Source: a virus
DNA: 64,000 nucleotides
Strand: one strand, 5' to 3'
IMG/VR virus record: IMGVR_UViG_3300020392_000008
Coordinates: 1-64,000 of that record
Of this stretch, positions 1 through 9,289 are shown piece after piece (position 1 is the first letter of the stretch; each line of letters starts with the position of its first letter). Made by a program: the position numbers and the translations under genes. The notes under the pieces are model-generated. The model was given only the letters and a program-made list of their open reading frames with translations, had not been told where the DNA came from and made no database searches.

Positions 1-57
1 GAACCGATGACCTCCTGCGTGCAAGGCAGGCGCTCTAGCCAGCTGAGCTAATCCCCC
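1..57 (-). tRNA. tRNA-Ala(UGC), 3' end cut by window edge
   Basis: Reverse complement reads GGGGGATTAGCTCAGCTGGCTAGAGCGCCTGCCTTGCACGCAGGAGGTCATCGGTTC: D-arm, anticodon stem CCTGC/GCAGG around TGC, and start of the T-arm (GGTTC). Confidence 0.96.
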
Positions 58-97
58 ATCTATTATTATTTATTTTAAAAACCAATTATGCAGACAT

Positions 98-130
98 AAA
101 AAAAACCCAATTTTAAAAAAAATTGGGTTT
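98..130 (-). terminator. Intrinsic terminator between the putative ncRNA and the tRNA
   Basis: 12-bp inverted repeat aaacccaatttt/aaaattgggttt with a U-tract on the minus strand. Confidence 0.7.
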
Positions 131-141
131 AAATGTAAAAA

Positions 142-561
142 GTGAAAGATGATATGAGAGGATTAAAGATTACCTCCAACATAATCGTTTACTACAAATT
201 ATCGTTGCTTTCTACATTTTCTGTCGAAAACTAACTCATTCTAAATTTGTACTCATTTAAAACATTGCTAGGACCGCTACGGTCTAAGAAACACCTTACC
301 ACGCAAACGTGATGGTTATTCAGTCATTAAATAGGATTTTTGTATTACCTATAAACGATTTGCGAATCTTTTAGATTCTAAGTTATTATGCACCTATATT
401 CTAAGAGCTATCTTAGTTCAACATTCTCATTAGAGTAGGCCCTTGGTATAGGGCTTTAGTTGCGATCCATCGATCTAATATATTCCTTTATAAGCTTCGC
501 TTCACTTATTATTCGGGCACATATCAATGTCATCCATCCGTCGATTTCTGACACCTTTCAC
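142..561 (-). ncRNA. Putative ~420-nt structured non-coding RNA, family unassigned
   Basis: No ORF >=60 aa; ends pair (GTGAAAGGTG/CATCTTTCAC); many internal hairpins; upstream TATAAATA and downstream terminator. Confidence 0.6.
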
Positions 562-585
562 CAATAAATTAAAGAACGTTTATCT

Positions 586-593
586 TATTTATA
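586..593 (-). promoter_or_regulatory. T4-like late promoter TATAAATA upstream of the putative ncRNA
   Basis: Exact T4 late consensus, followed by boxA-like CGTTCTTTAA (578-569). Confidence 0.5.
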
Positions 594-615
594 AAATATA
601 ATACTAAATTTTTTA

Positions 616-837
616 TTAAACTTTAACTTTTTGAGGATAATTTTTATGTAAACATTCAAGTTTATCTTCTGCTTCTGCTAATTTAGTTAAAGCTTCATCT
701 GCATTAGAATAAAAATCCTCTGTTGAATGATCACCGATACCGGCTGCTTTTTCTCCTAAAATATGTAAGCTCATTTTAGCTTTAGCTATTTCAGCTAGAG
801 CCATTGTTTCTAACATAATGTACAATTCTTTTTTCAT
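616..837 (-). CDS. Hypothetical protein
   Basis: 73-aa ORF directly downstream of clpP in the same operon. Confidence 0.75.
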   Translation of the reverse strand: MKKELYIMLETMALAEIAKAKMSLHILGEKAAGIGDHSTEDFYSNADEALTKLAEAEDKLECLHKNYPQKVKV

Positions 838-838
838 A

Positions 839-1417
839 TTAATCTATTATTTCATCTATCACTCCAAATGATAGGGCTTCTTTAGAATCCATGTACCAAT
901 CTTGTTTTGTTTTTAAAATATCTTTTAATTTAGTCTTAGATATTTTAGTTAAATCTAATGTTATGTTTTCAAATTTTTGTTGAAGCCTTTTTGTTTCTTT
1001 ATAACTTTCTTCCATGTCTTGTGTTTTTCCCCAAAAACCAGTAGAAACTTGATGATACATAGGCGTTGCGTGCTTATAAGCAAACCTTTTATGACCTGAT
1101 ATAAGTATCATAAAACCACATGACATAGCGGCACCAGTGGCATAAGTATGCACGGGGGTAACTGATTTTTCCATTATTCCAAGTAGTCCCATACATTGAT
1201 ATACGTATCCACCATAGCTATCTATCATTATTTTTATAGGGCGTCTAACATAATCTATGTCGTAAACTTTATATAGTTTTTCTAAATGTTCATCATCTTC
1301 GTTTATTCTAAGTATATTTCTAGATAAAGTCTCTATTGATTCTAAATTTACGTCCTTTGCAAAAAATAAAGTTCTGTTTAAAGGAAGCGGTAACGTGTTC
1401 ATGTCTGCCATTTTCAT
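839..1417 (-). CDS. clpP: ClpP-like ATP-dependent protease proteolytic subunit
   Basis: IDSYGG, AAMSCG (catalytic Ser), MYHQ (His), DWYMDSKEALSFGVIDEI. Confidence 0.92.
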   Translation of the reverse strand: MKMADMNTLPLPLNRTLFFAKDVNLESIETLSRNILRINEDDEHLEKLYKVYDIDYVRRPIKIMIDSYGGYVYQCMGLLGIMEKSVTPVHTYATGAAMSCGFMILISGHKRFAYKHATPMYHQVSTGFWGKTQDMEESYKETKRLQQKFENITLDLTKISKTKLKDILKTKQDWYMDSKEALSFGVIDEIID

Positions 1418-1557
1418 TGATTATTATTTAATAGTGAAAATAGCAGCGCGCCTAATGATAAAACGACACCTAATACTAATATATCAGGGACTTCTATTAT
1501 GTTACCACTACTAGTTTCACCTAGTTTTATCATAAAATCATGTTGATAATAATTCAT
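1414..1557 (-). CDS. Small membrane protein (47 aa; not in ORF track)
   Basis: Manual translation MNYYQHDFMIKLGETSSGNIIEVPDILVLGVVLSLGALLFSLLNNNQ; fills the gap and overlaps the clpP start by ATGA. Confidence 0.6.
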   Translation of the reverse strand: MNYYQHDFMIKLGETSSGNIIEVPDILVLGVVLSLGALLFSLLNNNQ

Positions 1558-1561
1558 GATA

Positions 1562-1891
1562 TTATTTTAAATCGTTATTTATTCTATCCCACCAATTCAT
1601 TCTTTTAAGTCTTTTGTATATGCCATATGGTTGTAGTAATATTCCAATTAAAAAACCATAAACGGCAATAAAAGTCCCTATGACTGGCCAAATAGGTATC
1701 CATCCTCCCCAATATTCTTCCATTACTGGTCCGGGTACATAAAAAGCCATAAAAAACCCAAATAATGTTCCTATAAACTTTAAAATACCTTGTTTATTAT
1801 TAAAATAATGGTCTGTAAAAACCCACGTTATATAATTTTTTGGTGCATTGCTCATTTTATTATGATTATTTTTTGAACCTATCATAAGCAT
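1562..1891 (-). CDS. Hypothetical membrane protein (2 TM; likely start at MSNAPK)
   Basis: Two hydrophobic segments; operon context. Confidence 0.7.
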   Translation of the reverse strand: MLMIGSKNNHNKMSNAPKNYITWVFTDHYFNNKQGILKFIGTLFGFFMAFYVPGPVMEEYWGGWIPIWPVIGTFIAVYGFLIGILLQPYGIYKRLKRMNWWDRINNDLK

Positions 1892-2900
1892 TATTTGTTA
1901 TCATATCAATGTTAACTGCTCCTATAAAACTACTTAAATTTATAGAATCAGTATAACTCATGGCTGATCTTAAATAATGTTTAAAATTTTCAGTCCAACC
2001 TGAAAGAGTATATTTAACCTGTCTAATTTCAGATATACCCTCTGAGGTTTTTATATTTTGTTTTCCCCATTTTTTTTGAACTTCTTTAGTTGACATTCCT
2101 CTAAAGTTTTTAAATATAGGTCGCCCATCGTTAAACATTTCTAGTGCTTCTTTGTGGGTTAATTCATTTAAACCAGCTGAATATGCTGTTTTAGATTCAT
2201 ATAGACATGGAGCGCAACTTTCTAACGCTTTATTAAAGATAGAACCTAACATAACAAAATCAGCTCCTAAAGCCAAGGCTTTTATTATGTCAGAATATGT
2301 TTTCATTCCACCATCTGCTACTATGTTAGCAGGACTATCTAAAGCCATAGATTCTTGATAGCATTCTTGAATAAGAGAAGCCATTGGATAACCTATGCCG
2401 GTTTGTTGAGTTGTTAAACAACCTGCGCCATTACCAATGCCTACTCTAACTGAATCTGCCCCGGCATTAGATAGTAGAGTATAAGTTTTAGGATGTGCTA
2501 CATTACCAACCATTAAATAAATGTCATCACCGTATTTGTTTTTAATGTTTCTAGTGACTGTTTCTAAATCCTTGATGTGACCATTAGCAATATCTATTAA
2601 GTACCCTGAGTGTTTCTTAAGTTCACCAGAATTAAACATTTTTTCAATATCTCTAAGCGAATACGATTCAATCCCTGAAAATCCCGTCTTTTCACCTCTG
2701 GGTAAACATGCTATGATTTTATTAGAACTAAAAACATGTTCGTTTTGTCTTGATATAACGGTGTCCATTGGAGCCGTTATAATAGGTAAGTTTCCATCTG
2801 GGTAATATATGTCAATATTTTTTCTAGAAGAAATATTTGTTTGAATACTGGGTCTAATTAATATATCATTAAAATCAAACTTTGTACTATTCATATTCAT
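1866..2900 (-). CDS. guaC: GMP reductase / IMP dehydrogenase family, more GMPR-like
   Basis: APMDTV, DIANGH, VGNVA, RVGIGNGAGCLT (catalytic Cys), ADGG, GADFVMLGS, FRGMS..TSEG; no CBS domain and no IMPDH RY dyad. Confidence 0.82.
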   Translation of the reverse strand: MNMNSTKFDFNDILIRPSIQTNISSRKNIDIYYPDGNLPIITAPMDTVISRQNEHVFSSNKIIACLPRGEKTGFSGIESYSLRDIEKMFNSGELKKHSGYLIDIANGHIKDLETVTRNIKNKYGDDIYLMVGNVAHPKTYTLLSNAGADSVRVGIGNGAGCLTTQQTGIGYPMASLIQECYQESMALDSPANIVADGGMKTYSDIIKALALGADFVMLGSIFNKALESCAPCLYESKTAYSAGLNELTHKEALEMFNDGRPIFKNFRGMSTKEVQKKWGKQNIKTSEGISEIRQVKYTLSGWTENFKHYLRSAMSYTDSINLSSFIGAVNIDMITNNAYDRFKK

Positions 2901-3186
2901 CTAGCTTAACTTCATTAATATCTTCTAAGATTGCTATTACTTCATTTGACATTATAACATAATGGGTTTCATCCTTGTATTTTATATCTATCCCAGAGTA
3001 TCTATTACACAAAACTATATCTCCCAGTTTTACTTTCATAGGGTTGTGCGGAGTACCTTCTCCGCATGCAATAACTGTTCCTATATTAGGTCGTTTAACC
3101 GATTTTCCAGGTAGCAGTATACCTGATTTAGTTTTAGTTTCCTTTTCAATTGGTTTAATTAAAATTCTTTCGTATAAGGGTTTCAT
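2887..3186 (-). CDS. groES: Co-chaperonin GroES
   Basis: MKPLYERILIKP..KTKSGILLP, GTVIACGEG, VKLGDIVL. Confidence 0.95.
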   Translation of the reverse strand: MKPLYERILIKPIEKETKTKSGILLPGKSVKRPNIGTVIACGEGTPHNPMKVKLGDIVLCNRYSGIDIKYKDETHYVIMSNEVIAILEDINEVKLDEYE

Positions 3187-4292
3187 ATTAATACTGAATT
3201 ATTTTTTATTTCTAATAGTTTACTATAATTAAATTTTCTATACAGTTTATTTTCATGTATTTCATGATAATCATCCGTTTTAATTTTAGAAGGTATCATT
3301 TTAGTAGATAACCTCATTAATTTAATATTCAAACATATTGCTTCATTTAAAGTTGAAAGCACATCTTCGTCTTTTATTTTAGCTATCTCAATTACTTTTT
3401 TAGTACAATCATCTATAAAAGATGAATCATTTTTGTAGTTATCAATTTTATTTAAGACATCAGAGCCATGCTTTTCTAAGAGATAAGATACTACCTTTTT
3501 AACTTTTGAAGGAGTCATCTTATATATCCTAGGTATATTATCTGACTTATCCCCAGCAAATATTTTTGTTAATATTTCTTGTATAGGGTCAATTTCGTTT
3601 TTTTCATAACCTCTCTGTTCAAACTTTGAAATAACTCCTCCTATTCCTTTTGAAACGTCAGTAGAACTTAGGTTAAAAAAATCTTGCTCTTTTTTAGTTT
3701 CAGTATAGAACACTTTTTTACTTTTAGACATCATTTTAGGCATAACTAAAAAAACGTATCTGCCTGAGTCTTCTACTAATTGAAACATATCTTTATCAAC
3801 AGTGTATATTGCTATATTTTTTTTTGAAGATTCACAAAGGTGTGCAATTATATCATCGCCTTCCATTCCTGTTATTCTATGAAAATTAATTCCAGAATCC
3901 TTGTTTAAGTGTTTTTGAATGTTTTCTTGAAAGTATTCAAAGAATAAGTGAATCATTTCGTCTTTTTTTCTATCTTTATATTTAAAGTCACCAGACGGTA
4001 GATTTACTTTTTTTAAAGTAGAATTTACGTACTCTTTTCTCCAACTCTTGGAGTCAAAAACCATGTGTACTTCGTTTACTTCTTTTTGAATGGGTGAAAT
4101 TAACGAAGACAAATAATTTAAAGAAAAATCCCTAAAACGAATTCTAGCTGTTTCCTTTAAAATATAATTGCCTTCGTTAAATATGTCTTTCATATAATAT
4201 TCTTTACCTATTGTTTTGTCGTTAAATAGCATTCTTTTAACAACGTTAACAGCTACATTTATGTAAGCATTTCCATCTATAAGGTAAATCAT
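3183..4292 (-). CDS. T4 RNase H-like 5'-3' exonuclease / flap nuclease
   Basis: LIDGN, VFDSKSWRK, EGDDIIA, DKDMFQL, GDKSDNIP. Confidence 0.88.
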   Translation of the reverse strand: MIYLIDGNAYINVAVNVVKRMLFNDKTIGKEYYMKDIFNEGNYILKETARIRFRDFSLNYLSSLISPIQKEVNEVHMVFDSKSWRKEYVNSTLKKVNLPSGDFKYKDRKKDEMIHLFFEYFQENIQKHLNKDSGINFHRITGMEGDDIIAHLCESSKKNIAIYTVDKDMFQLVEDSGRYVFLVMPKMMSKSKKVFYTETKKEQDFFNLSSTDVSKGIGGVISKFEQRGYEKNEIDPIQEILTKIFAGDKSDNIPRIYKMTPSKVKKVVSYLLEKHGSDVLNKIDNYKNDSSFIDDCTKKVIEIAKIKDEDVLSTLNEAICLNIKLMRLSTKMIPSKIKTDDYHEIHENKLYRKFNYSKLLEIKNNSVLI

Positions 4293-4312
4293 TTTATACT
4301 ATTGTTAGGTAC

Positions 4313-4639
4313 TTATTTTTTTTCTACCTTTGCTTTACTTTTTTTATTTGAGCCACTTTCAACGGTTGCTTCAGTAGAACCATTTTTAATTGCTCTAATA
4401 GCGGAAGATATTAGTTCAGACTCGGCTAAATTGTATAACCCTTTAGATTGAGCATAATTAGCACTCGCGACCATTACAAAAATAGCTTGACTAACGTCCA
4501 TATTAGCCAGCCATTCCGTATATTCCTTTTCATCATTATAAGAAATAGAGCCTAATAAAACTACTTTATTTGGATCATTTTCTGCTGTTTTTTCTTGAGT
4601 AGCTGCTTCATTAGCTGCACTTGTTTTAGTTGTTGCCAT
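4313..4639 (-). CDS. Hypothetical protein
   Basis: 108-aa ORF in the replication operon. Confidence 0.7.
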   Translation of the reverse strand: MATTKTSAANEAATQEKTAENDPNKVVLLGSISYNDEKEYTEWLANMDVSQAIFVMVASANYAQSKGLYNLAESELISSAIRAIKNGSTEATVESGSNKKSKAKVEKK

Positions 4640-4661
4640 GTTACTTGGTTTTTTTTAATTT

Positions 4662-5672
4662 TTATAGATTTTGAAATATATCTTCATATTCGTCATCACC
4701 TAACCCTGATTCATTCTGAGAAGAAGTTTCTGGTTTAGATACTTCGGCGATATTATTTTCAGTTGTTCCTGCAAAAGAAACATCGTTTGTAGGTTGGCTT
4801 TGACTAGAACCATTTGAAAGTAATTCTTTCATTCTTTCATCTCTGGTTTCGTTTATAAGCATATCTAATACCTCTTTATAAGGAATAGCTGCTTTTAAAG
4901 CTTCTGCTACTTGAACATATGTTTCATCTGTCCATGAAACATGCTTATAAGGATCCATTGAAGGAGCTGTTTTTTCAAAAAATTCAGTAACTAATTTTAT
5001 AGCACCTTGGTCATCTTTCATTGTAACTTCAGTATCTTTTATAGCAAACCTAAAAGGTGTTTGTTCGTCCATAAATTTACATTTTGTCCAATCTCTCCAA
5101 TTTTTAGTTTTTTTGCCTACTACACATAAAAAATCTTTCCCTTCTAATAGGTGAAATGGATTTACTTTTTTTGTGTCAACTAGTCCATCTTCGTCTGGGT
5201 TCATTTGTTGTTCAAGCAACTCGTTTATTTGGGCTCTGTATTTAAAAATCTTAATTTTTCCTGTTAAACTAGGTACAGTAGGGTCTTTAGACACATAAAC
5301 ATATGAATGATGGGTATACCACCTAGAGAAATTTTCATTTATTTCTTTTACAATAGTTGGCTCTTCTTTATAAAGTCTACCCAAAATAGTGCTTAAAGTC
5401 CATAAAACAGATGGTTTATTTTCATTTGATGGACAATCTACTATTAAAGATTTTCTAGCCACTGGGTTCCATATTTTAGCACTATACTTAGTATACTTAG
5501 AATCTTTATTTCCATTTCTTATATTTGGTATAAATCTAATAACTGATTTATATACTCCATTGCTTAAATCTGGATTAGGGTCGTATATGTTTTCATCTAC
5601 CTTTTTTTCGTAGGTTTGATTTTGATTACTTTGTGATAATGTATCTTCTGGTATGTTAAAAAAGTCGTTCAT
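4662..5672 (-). CDS. gp32-like single-stranded DNA-binding protein
   Basis: VIRFIP, GKIKIFKY, NPFHLLEGKDF, acidic tail DDEYEDIFQNL; lies next to the RNase H-like gene. Confidence 0.8.
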   Translation of the reverse strand: MNDFFNIPEDTLSQSNQNQTYEKKVDENIYDPNPDLSNGVYKSVIRFIPNIRNGNKDSKYTKYSAKIWNPVARKSLIVDCPSNENKPSVLWTLSTILGRLYKEEPTIVKEINENFSRWYTHHSYVYVSKDPTVPSLTGKIKIFKYRAQINELLEQQMNPDEDGLVDTKKVNPFHLLEGKDFLCVVGKKTKNWRDWTKCKFMDEQTPFRFAIKDTEVTMKDDQGAIKLVTEFFEKTAPSMDPYKHVSWTDETYVQVAEALKAAIPYKEVLDMLINETRDERMKELLSNGSSQSQPTNDVSFAGTTENNIAEVSKPETSSQNESGLGDDEYEDIFQNL

Positions 5673-5705
5673 AATAAATGTATTTTTTTATTTTTTTTAA
5701 TGTAA

Positions 5706-5969
5706 TTATTTAGTTTCAGAAATAGCTGTTCTTAAATCTTTAGCAGCTTCTTCTATTTTTACCATTTGTTTTCTAATAGATGGATGATGAATTTGCTTTC
5801 TAATTTGTTGGGCGCTTTTTCTAATTCTAGTACCTGCGCTCTTATTTCCTTTTTCATAAAACTTATTAGCGTCTTCTTCGCAAGTTGCGATTAATTCTTC
5901 TATTTCAGAGAAAAGATTTTCTTTCACGTCATAGACTGTTTTTCTGAGTTCTTCAAATTGATTATTCAT
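5706..5969 (-). CDS. Histone H1-like (Hc1 family) small DNA-binding protein
   Basis: KFYEKGNKSAGTRIRKSAQ motif. Confidence 0.75.
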   Translation of the reverse strand: MNNQFEELRKTVYDVKENLFSEIEELIATCEEDANKFYEKGNKSAGTRIRKSAQQIRKQIHHPSIRKQMVKIEEAAKDLRTAISETK

Positions 5970-6015
5970 ACTTATTTGTTTTTTTTATCTTTTACAAATA
6001 AGTGCTAAAAAGGTT

Positions 6016-6774
6016 TTAAATATTGTTTATAATATTGCTATATTTATTAGATAAAATTGCATTAGGGTACAATTTTAAAGTATGGTGTAGCCATTTTTCT
6101 ATTATTTTCATTTTTTCAGAATCATTCATAAAACCTGATTCAACAAATGGATCTAAGTGTTTATCAAATAGCTCATCTATTGGAACATTTTGCTTTATTG
6201 ATTGCTTATTCATGCCGTAAACCATTGACTCTATTTCTTCAGGTAATAAAAAATAAGAGTAACTTTTATTATTTTTTTTACGATATTCCTGAGTTGATGG
6301 ATCTATATTTTGATAATCTTTGTTCCAGCCTTTTTGTTTTAAGTGATTTAATTCGTGTGAAATAGTGTTAATAAGATTAAGGTACATTTTTTTAAATAAA
6401 CCTTTGTTTAATCTATTAGAATCTAAAGCGACTGTTATTTCTATTTCTGGTATATTGCCGTCTGTCATAAACACGTTTCCAGTAACTACGTAACCATTTT
6501 TATCTAGTTTTAAACGTTGCCAATTCATTTTTTTAAAATGAGAATCTTTTTCTAATGAAATGTCTTTTTCTTTTCTTAAAAGAAACCTTACGTCTACGTC
6601 TAGGTCTGGCTCTGCTATTTCTAATTCTTGAAGTATTATATACTCGCCATTAGTTTCCTTTGCGTTTAGTACACTACTTATGAAAAAATCAGATAGAGTT
6701 TTTATAGTACTGTCAAACTCATTTTCTTGAGAATTTTCAAAAATATAATTTGAATATGACACTATGTTTTTCAA
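6016..6774 (-). CDS. Putative zinc metallopeptidase-like protein with capsid-targeting-like N-terminus
   Basis: HELNH (HExxH) plus downstream PEEIES; N-terminus MKNIVSYSNYIFE. Confidence 0.55.
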   Translation of the reverse strand: MKNIVSYSNYIFENSQENEFDSTIKTLSDFFISSVLNAKETNGEYIILQELEIAEPDLDVDVRFLLRKEKDISLEKDSHFKKMNWQRLKLDKNGYVVTGNVFMTDGNIPEIEITVALDSNRLNKGLFKKMYLNLINTISHELNHLKQKGWNKDYQNIDPSTQEYRKKNNKSYSYFLLPEEIESMVYGMNKQSIKQNVPIDELFDKHLDPFVESGFMNDSEKMKIIEKWLHHTLKLYPNAILSNKYSNIINNI

Positions 6775-6789
6775 GTCGAATAATTATTT

Positions 6790-7332
6790 TTAAATATCTA
6801 AGAAGGTTACTTCTAATTCTGTAGTAACTGGCATTTTATTTTTATCGAATTCAACAGTGATAGTTTCTAAGGAATTAAAAGCGTCTTTGTTATCTTTATC
6901 TTTATAATGTTGAACTGAGTCGGTTCCATCTATTAAGCCAGCTTTTACATCAGCTTTAAACTTTTTTAGAAAAGAATTATCTAATCTAGATATAGAAAAT
7001 CTTTCGCCTGTTATGGCGTTTTTTAAGTCAGTTTTTACTTTTTCTATTTCTGATTTAGAAGAATCTGATAATTTTTCTTTTTTATTAGATATGTTTTTTT
7101 CTATCCAACTATCTAATTCACTTTCTTTTATTTTATATAAATTATATCTTTTTTCTAAAGGACCTGCTGTTGATATTTTTTTCCCATCTTTTAAAAAAAT
7201 AAAAGTATAAAATTTTTGCTTAGGAGCGGCAGCTGTCGCTCCCCCTTCTCCTCCTTCCATGCCCATTCCCATGCCCATGTCTTGTTCGTTTACTATAAAA
7301 CTATTAAAATCTTTTACGTATTTGTTTATCAC
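6790..7332 (-). CDS. Hypothetical, probable internal head protein
   Basis: N-terminus KYVKDFNSFIVNE then a GM/G-rich linker; upstream GATAAATAA. Confidence 0.6.
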   Translation of the reverse strand: MINKYVKDFNSFIVNEQDMGMGMGMEGGEGGATAAAPKQKFYTFIFLKDGKKISTAGPLEKRYNLYKIKESELDSWIEKNISNKKEKLSDSSKSEIEKVKTDLKNAITGERFSISRLDNSFLKKFKADVKAGLIDGTDSVQHYKDKDNKDAFNSLETITVEFDKNKMPVTTELEVTFLDI

Positions 7333-7427
7333 TTTATGTAGATTAATTTAATTTATTTATCTGAATATAATGTTTATTCTTTTTAGTTTCTAACAATTAA
7401 GAATAAATAAAAAAAACAGCTGTAGCT

Positions 7428-7970
7428 TTGAAAAAAATGCTTTTAATTTTTTTGTCTCTATTTTCCTGTGGTAAAATAGATGAAAACGGTTTTAAAAAAT
7501 ACGTAATTAAAAAAGGTAAACATAGATCCGGTTGGAGGTATGTTACTTCAACATCTAATAAGTTTAATATAGAAGTTGTTTTTGATAAATCTGCAAAATA
7601 TACTACACAGGATCCTATTAATCAATATGACGTAAATAAATTATGGGGAGTAAGCGATTGTGGAAAACATCATCACGATAATTCAATTAGATTTGGATGG
7701 AGGTGGTTAAACGACAGCGTTGAAATATTGTGGTATAGGAGGCTAGCCGGTAATTTTGAATTTGAAAAAATAACTAGTGTTAACATAGATGAAGTAAATA
7801 AAATGCATTTATCAATAAATCAGAATAGTTATGAACTCAGAGTAAATGGAGTAATAAAAACAGTTCCTAGACCATGTTCTCAAGACTTTAAAAGATATAT
7901 GCTTTATCCTTACTTTGGGGGAGATGAAACGGCCCCTCATAGAATAGAAATAAAAATAAAAGAATTATGA
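7428..7970 (+). CDS. Putative lipoprotein with a beta-sandwich-like domain
   Basis: MKKMLLIFLSLFS-C lipobox; upstream AATAAATAA. Confidence 0.65.
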   Translation: MKKMLLIFLSLFSCGKIDENGFKKYVIKKGKHRSGWRYVTSTSNKFNIEVVFDKSAKYTTQDPINQYDVNKLWGVSDCGKHHHDNSIRFGWRWLNDSVEILWYRRLAGNFEFEKITSVNIDEVNKMHLSINQNSYELRVNGVIKTVPRPCSQDFKRYMLYPYFGGDETAPHRIEIKIKEL

Positions 7971-9289
7971 AAATATTACTTTTTTTATCTTTATTAATTT
8001 TTAAAACATGCTTAGGTCAAACACCATGCGCAACAGACGAATATAATAAGCCTTTTATAGAGCAAAACCCACAAAAATATGCCGAAATAGAAAAAGATAT
8101 TCAACGCTATTTAAAGGCCCCTAGAGTTAAATCTGATGGAACATATGTAATTCCAATTGTAGTTCATGTAGTCTATAATGATTGGAGAGAAAATCTTCAT
8201 GATTCTATAATTTATCAACAATTAAAAGTTTTAAATGATAGATTTAATCTTAGAAATGCAGATACTGTATTATTAACAGATACTCTACAGAATTGGAAAG
8301 GTAATTTTAAAATCTCATTTGAATTGGCGCATCTCGATCCAGAAGGATATCCTACAACAGGAATTACAAGAACACACACAAATGTTGGTGAATTTTCTTA
8401 TTACAGTAATAATGTTAAAAAATCAAGTCAAGGAAAAGCGGGTTGGCCAAATAATAGATACCTTAATATTTGGATATGCGACCTTTATGATGGATTGATG
8501 GGCTATGCTCAATTTCCAGGCGGAGAAGACTGGTCGGATGGAGTTGTTGTAGATTGGCAAAGCGTTGGAGATAGGGTCTATTCTTGGACATATCCAATGT
8601 TTCATTCATGGGCAAAAGGACATGTTCTTGTTCATGAAATAGGACACTGGTTAAACCTTCATCACCCTTGGGGAGATTGGGGACCGTGCGGAGATGACTA
8701 TATTCCAGAAACAGGTTTACAAGACGGGCCTATTTACCCAAGTGCACAGTGTCCGGATACTCTATTTAGTCAATGTGATACACCGGAAAGAGTATTTGTA
8801 AAACATTATATGGACTATGTTGGAGCAGATTGTATGTGTACATTTACAAAAAATCAAGTTGCTAGAGGCATTGCGTCTCTTGAAAATAGCAGGGTAGAAT
8901 TATTAAATAGTTACGTGCCTAAACCTATTCTAACAGGGTTTGAGAATACTAAGGTTAGGCCAACGTTTACTAAAGGTAGAATTATTTTAGAATTTCCACA
9001 GTACGAAGGAACTTTAAAAATAGCAATATACGATATGCTAGGTAGAGAAATACATATGAGGCAAACTACATTCCCATTTATTGATATTAAATTAAATATA
9101 CCTAACGGTAGCTATATAATAGACGTACTTAAAAAAGATAAACGAGTATTCCAACAAAAAATAATAATTAACTCAGGTTCGCCGTATGGGGCTAATTTAA
9201 ACTATTTAAATCTTAAAACGAAAGCAGGTGTAGCGAACAGCCTGCTTTCTAATCCGATAACAATAATCGGTCCTAAAACCCTACGTTAA
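7967..9289 (+). CDS. Secreted M43 (pappalysin/ulilysin-like) zinc metalloprotease with T9SS CTD-like domain
   Basis: Signal peptide, PCAT cysteine switch, IPIVVHVVY, YLNIW, GYAQFP, HEIGHWLNLHH, YMDY Met-turn, IYDMLGR..GSYII..KIII. Confidence 0.9.
   Translation: MKILLFLSLLIFKTCLGQTPCATDEYNKPFIEQNPQKYAEIEKDIQRYLKAPRVKSDGTYVIPIVVHVVYNDWRENLHDSIIYQQLKVLNDRFNLRNADTVLLTDTLQNWKGNFKISFELAHLDPEGYPTTGITRTHTNVGEFSYYSNNVKKSSQGKAGWPNNRYLNIWICDLYDGLMGYAQFPGGEDWSDGVVVDWQSVGDRVYSWTYPMFHSWAKGHVLVHEIGHWLNLHHPWGDWGPCGDDYIPETGLQDGPIYPSAQCPDTLFSQCDTPERVFVKHYMDYVGADCMCTFTKNQVARGIASLENSRVELLNSYVPKPILTGFENTKVRPTFTKGRIILEFPQYEGTLKIAIYDMLGREIHMRQTTFPFIDIKLNIPNGSYIIDVLKKDKRVFQQKIIINSGSPYGANLNYLNLKTKAGVANSLLSNPITIIGPKTLR

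Noticed and set aside
142-561. tmRNA, RNase P RNA or group I intron identity for the non-coding unit
   Set aside because: No GGGG/CCA acceptor ends or T-arm, no GAGGAAAGUCC motif, no interrupted host gene
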